Shown: in pieces, positions 62,868-64,000 of the stretch
Numbering within the stretch: position 1 is the first letter of the stretch
Layout of the letters: each line of letters begins with the position of its first letter
NCBI GenBank assembly: GCA_965216755.1
Contig: CBDCGL010000011.1
Location: 3,264,001-3,328,000 of the forward strand
Length of the DNA: 64,000 bases
Direction of reading: 5' to 3'
DNA from: Alphaproteobacteria bacterium
GTDB taxonomy: Bacteria; Pseudomonadota; Alphaproteobacteria; UBA7887
Notes under the pieces: model-generated
Databases searched by the model: none
Told to the model about the DNA's origin: nothing
The model's input: the letters and a program-made list of their open reading frames with translations, nothing else
Translations under genes and position numbers: made by a program

Positions 62868-64000
62868 CTACCCCTGCAAACGCGACGTGGTCGGTACGTC
62901 CGCTGTCGGGTCGGCGCGCCGCCCCGGCGCCGCCCACGCCATGGCAAACAGCACAATCAGTGCCGGCTCGGCTGGATGACGGTATTTCGCCGATGCGATC
63001 GGCCCGTTGATCGCCAGCACATAGCCAATCCAGGCGACCAGAACGAACGCCGCTGCGCGAGCAAGGCGATCACCACGCAGCAATGTCCACAGGCCCCAAA
63101 GCTGAATGACACGGACGATGCCGACACCCAGCGCGCTGAGCAGCAATACCCATCCGTACAGTGGATTGTCATTGCGAAACAAAAACGCGAACACCTTCTC
63201 GCCTTTTGACGTGCCGGGCGTGTCATAGAAGCCGGTGCGTGGCAAACCGCGCACCGGTGGCGACAAGATAATTGCCGGAGCGCCGAGATTGATAGCGGCG
63301 CCAAACGCATAGGCCTTTGCGACCGCGCGCGCGCCATAGTCGACCAGCGTGCGCAACGCGAGATCCGTTTTGGCACGACTCTCCCGCAACGGGTTGCGCG
63401 GCGCGTCCACCTGGTCCACCCGGGCGCGGGCTTCCAGCGTCGCATTCAGGGCGGCTGCGGAGACGTCATGGGGCGTGCCATCGATTGTTTCCCGCACCAA
63501 AGGCACGACCCAAAGCAGAAAGTGATCACCGCCCTGGCTGGATAGGCTGTAGCTGCCGAACATGTCGTGGTTGCGTTGCGCAATTGGGGTCACAGCAATT
63601 ATCAGGGCGATGCCGATCGCGGCCAACGCGGGCCAAACGCGGCGACTGAATCGGCCCGCGATTATGACGGCTATCAGCATGACGATCGGCAAGGCGAGCG
63701 CCCACGGAAACGCCATCGCGCGCACCAATATCGCGCCGCCGATGGCGCCGCCCAAGGCCAAGGCGTGGTACAGGCGTGGCCGCGTCAGATAGCGCAGCGC
63801 GCACCACAACATCAACGCACAACAAAAGGTGAAAAGGGTTTCTGTCAGCAGCAGACCGCCAATAACGATCTGGGTCGGATTGAAGACCGCCGCCAGCCCG
63901 GCCACGAGTCCGGTGCGCGCCGACAGCAGCGCGGCGCTGCTGGCGATGATGACGCATGTCAAACTATCGATAATGCCTTGGCCAAGCACCGGCACAAGGT
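62868..64000 (-). CDS. membrane glycosyltransferase (ArnT/PMT-like, GT-C), 5' truncated by window edge
   Basis: Polytopic membrane protein with LLTETLFTF and ILVR motifs, inside the polysaccharide cluster. Confidence 0.65.
   Translation of the reverse strand, partial: LVPVLGQGIIDSLTCVIIASSAALLSARTGLVAGLAAVFNPTQIVIGGLLLTETLFTFCCALMLWCALRYLTRPRLYHALALGGAIGGAILVRAMAFPWALALPIVMLIAVIIAGRFSRRVWPALAAIGIALIIAVTPIAQRNHDMFGSYSLSSQGGDHFLLWVVPLVRETIDGTPHDVSAAALNATLEARARVDQVDAPRNPLRESRAKTDLALRTLVDYGARAVAKAYAFGAAINLGAPAIILSPPVRGLPRTGFYDTPGTSKGEKVFAFLFRNDNPLYGWVLLLSALGVGIVRVIQLWGLWTLLRGDRLARAAAFVLVAWIGYVLAINGPIASAKYRHPAEPALIVLFAMAWAAPGRRADPTADVPTTSRLQG

Noticed and set aside
1-64000. CRISPR array, prophage, IS transposase, rRNA or oriC DnaA-box cluster
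   Set aside because: None seen by eye; gene order suggests oriC is just outside the left edge

Overview
GC-rich (roughly 60-65%) alphaproteobacterial chromosome segment with Rhodospirillales-like gene order. It probably lies just downstream of oriC: hemH(partial)-hemJ-rho ... mnmE-mnmG-rsmG-parA-parB with two perfect parS palindromes, then holA-lptE-leuS-DUF3576-porin. Next come two tandem TPR-sulfotransferases, a thiE-like gene, yggS, ribA, a CenR-like regulator and xth. These are followed by a polyamine uptake/gamma-glutamylation cluster, lolA-ftsK, an aminotransferase, amtB, an amidase, a ubiH-like gene, DUF971-Trm112-LON-cnoX-proX and tRNA-Gly(GCC). The window ends with a small accessory block (decayed Phd antitoxin, acyltransferase, GST, ECF42-type sigma plus DGPF protein, exported rhodanese), a large NAD-glutamate dehydrogenase, an MFS transporter, purH and part of a surface-polysaccharide cluster. 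Most of the window is housekeeping; I saw no CRISPR array, prophage, intact IS or rRNA. The most notable observations are: (1) an apparently active plus catalytically degenerate TPR-sulfotransferase pair; (2) an 88-bp AT-rich REPIN-like hairpin whose inner arms resemble a tandem NrdR-box pair; (3) a local G-to-C skew reversal centred on the parS sites; (4) a sigma54/FlbD-like promoter in front of a conserved hypothetical gene; (5) amtB without glnK, with an NtrC/sigma54-like promoter driving a small unknown ORF; (6) an ECF42-like promoter in front of the GST gene. All calls come from motif recognition by eye; no database searches were run.
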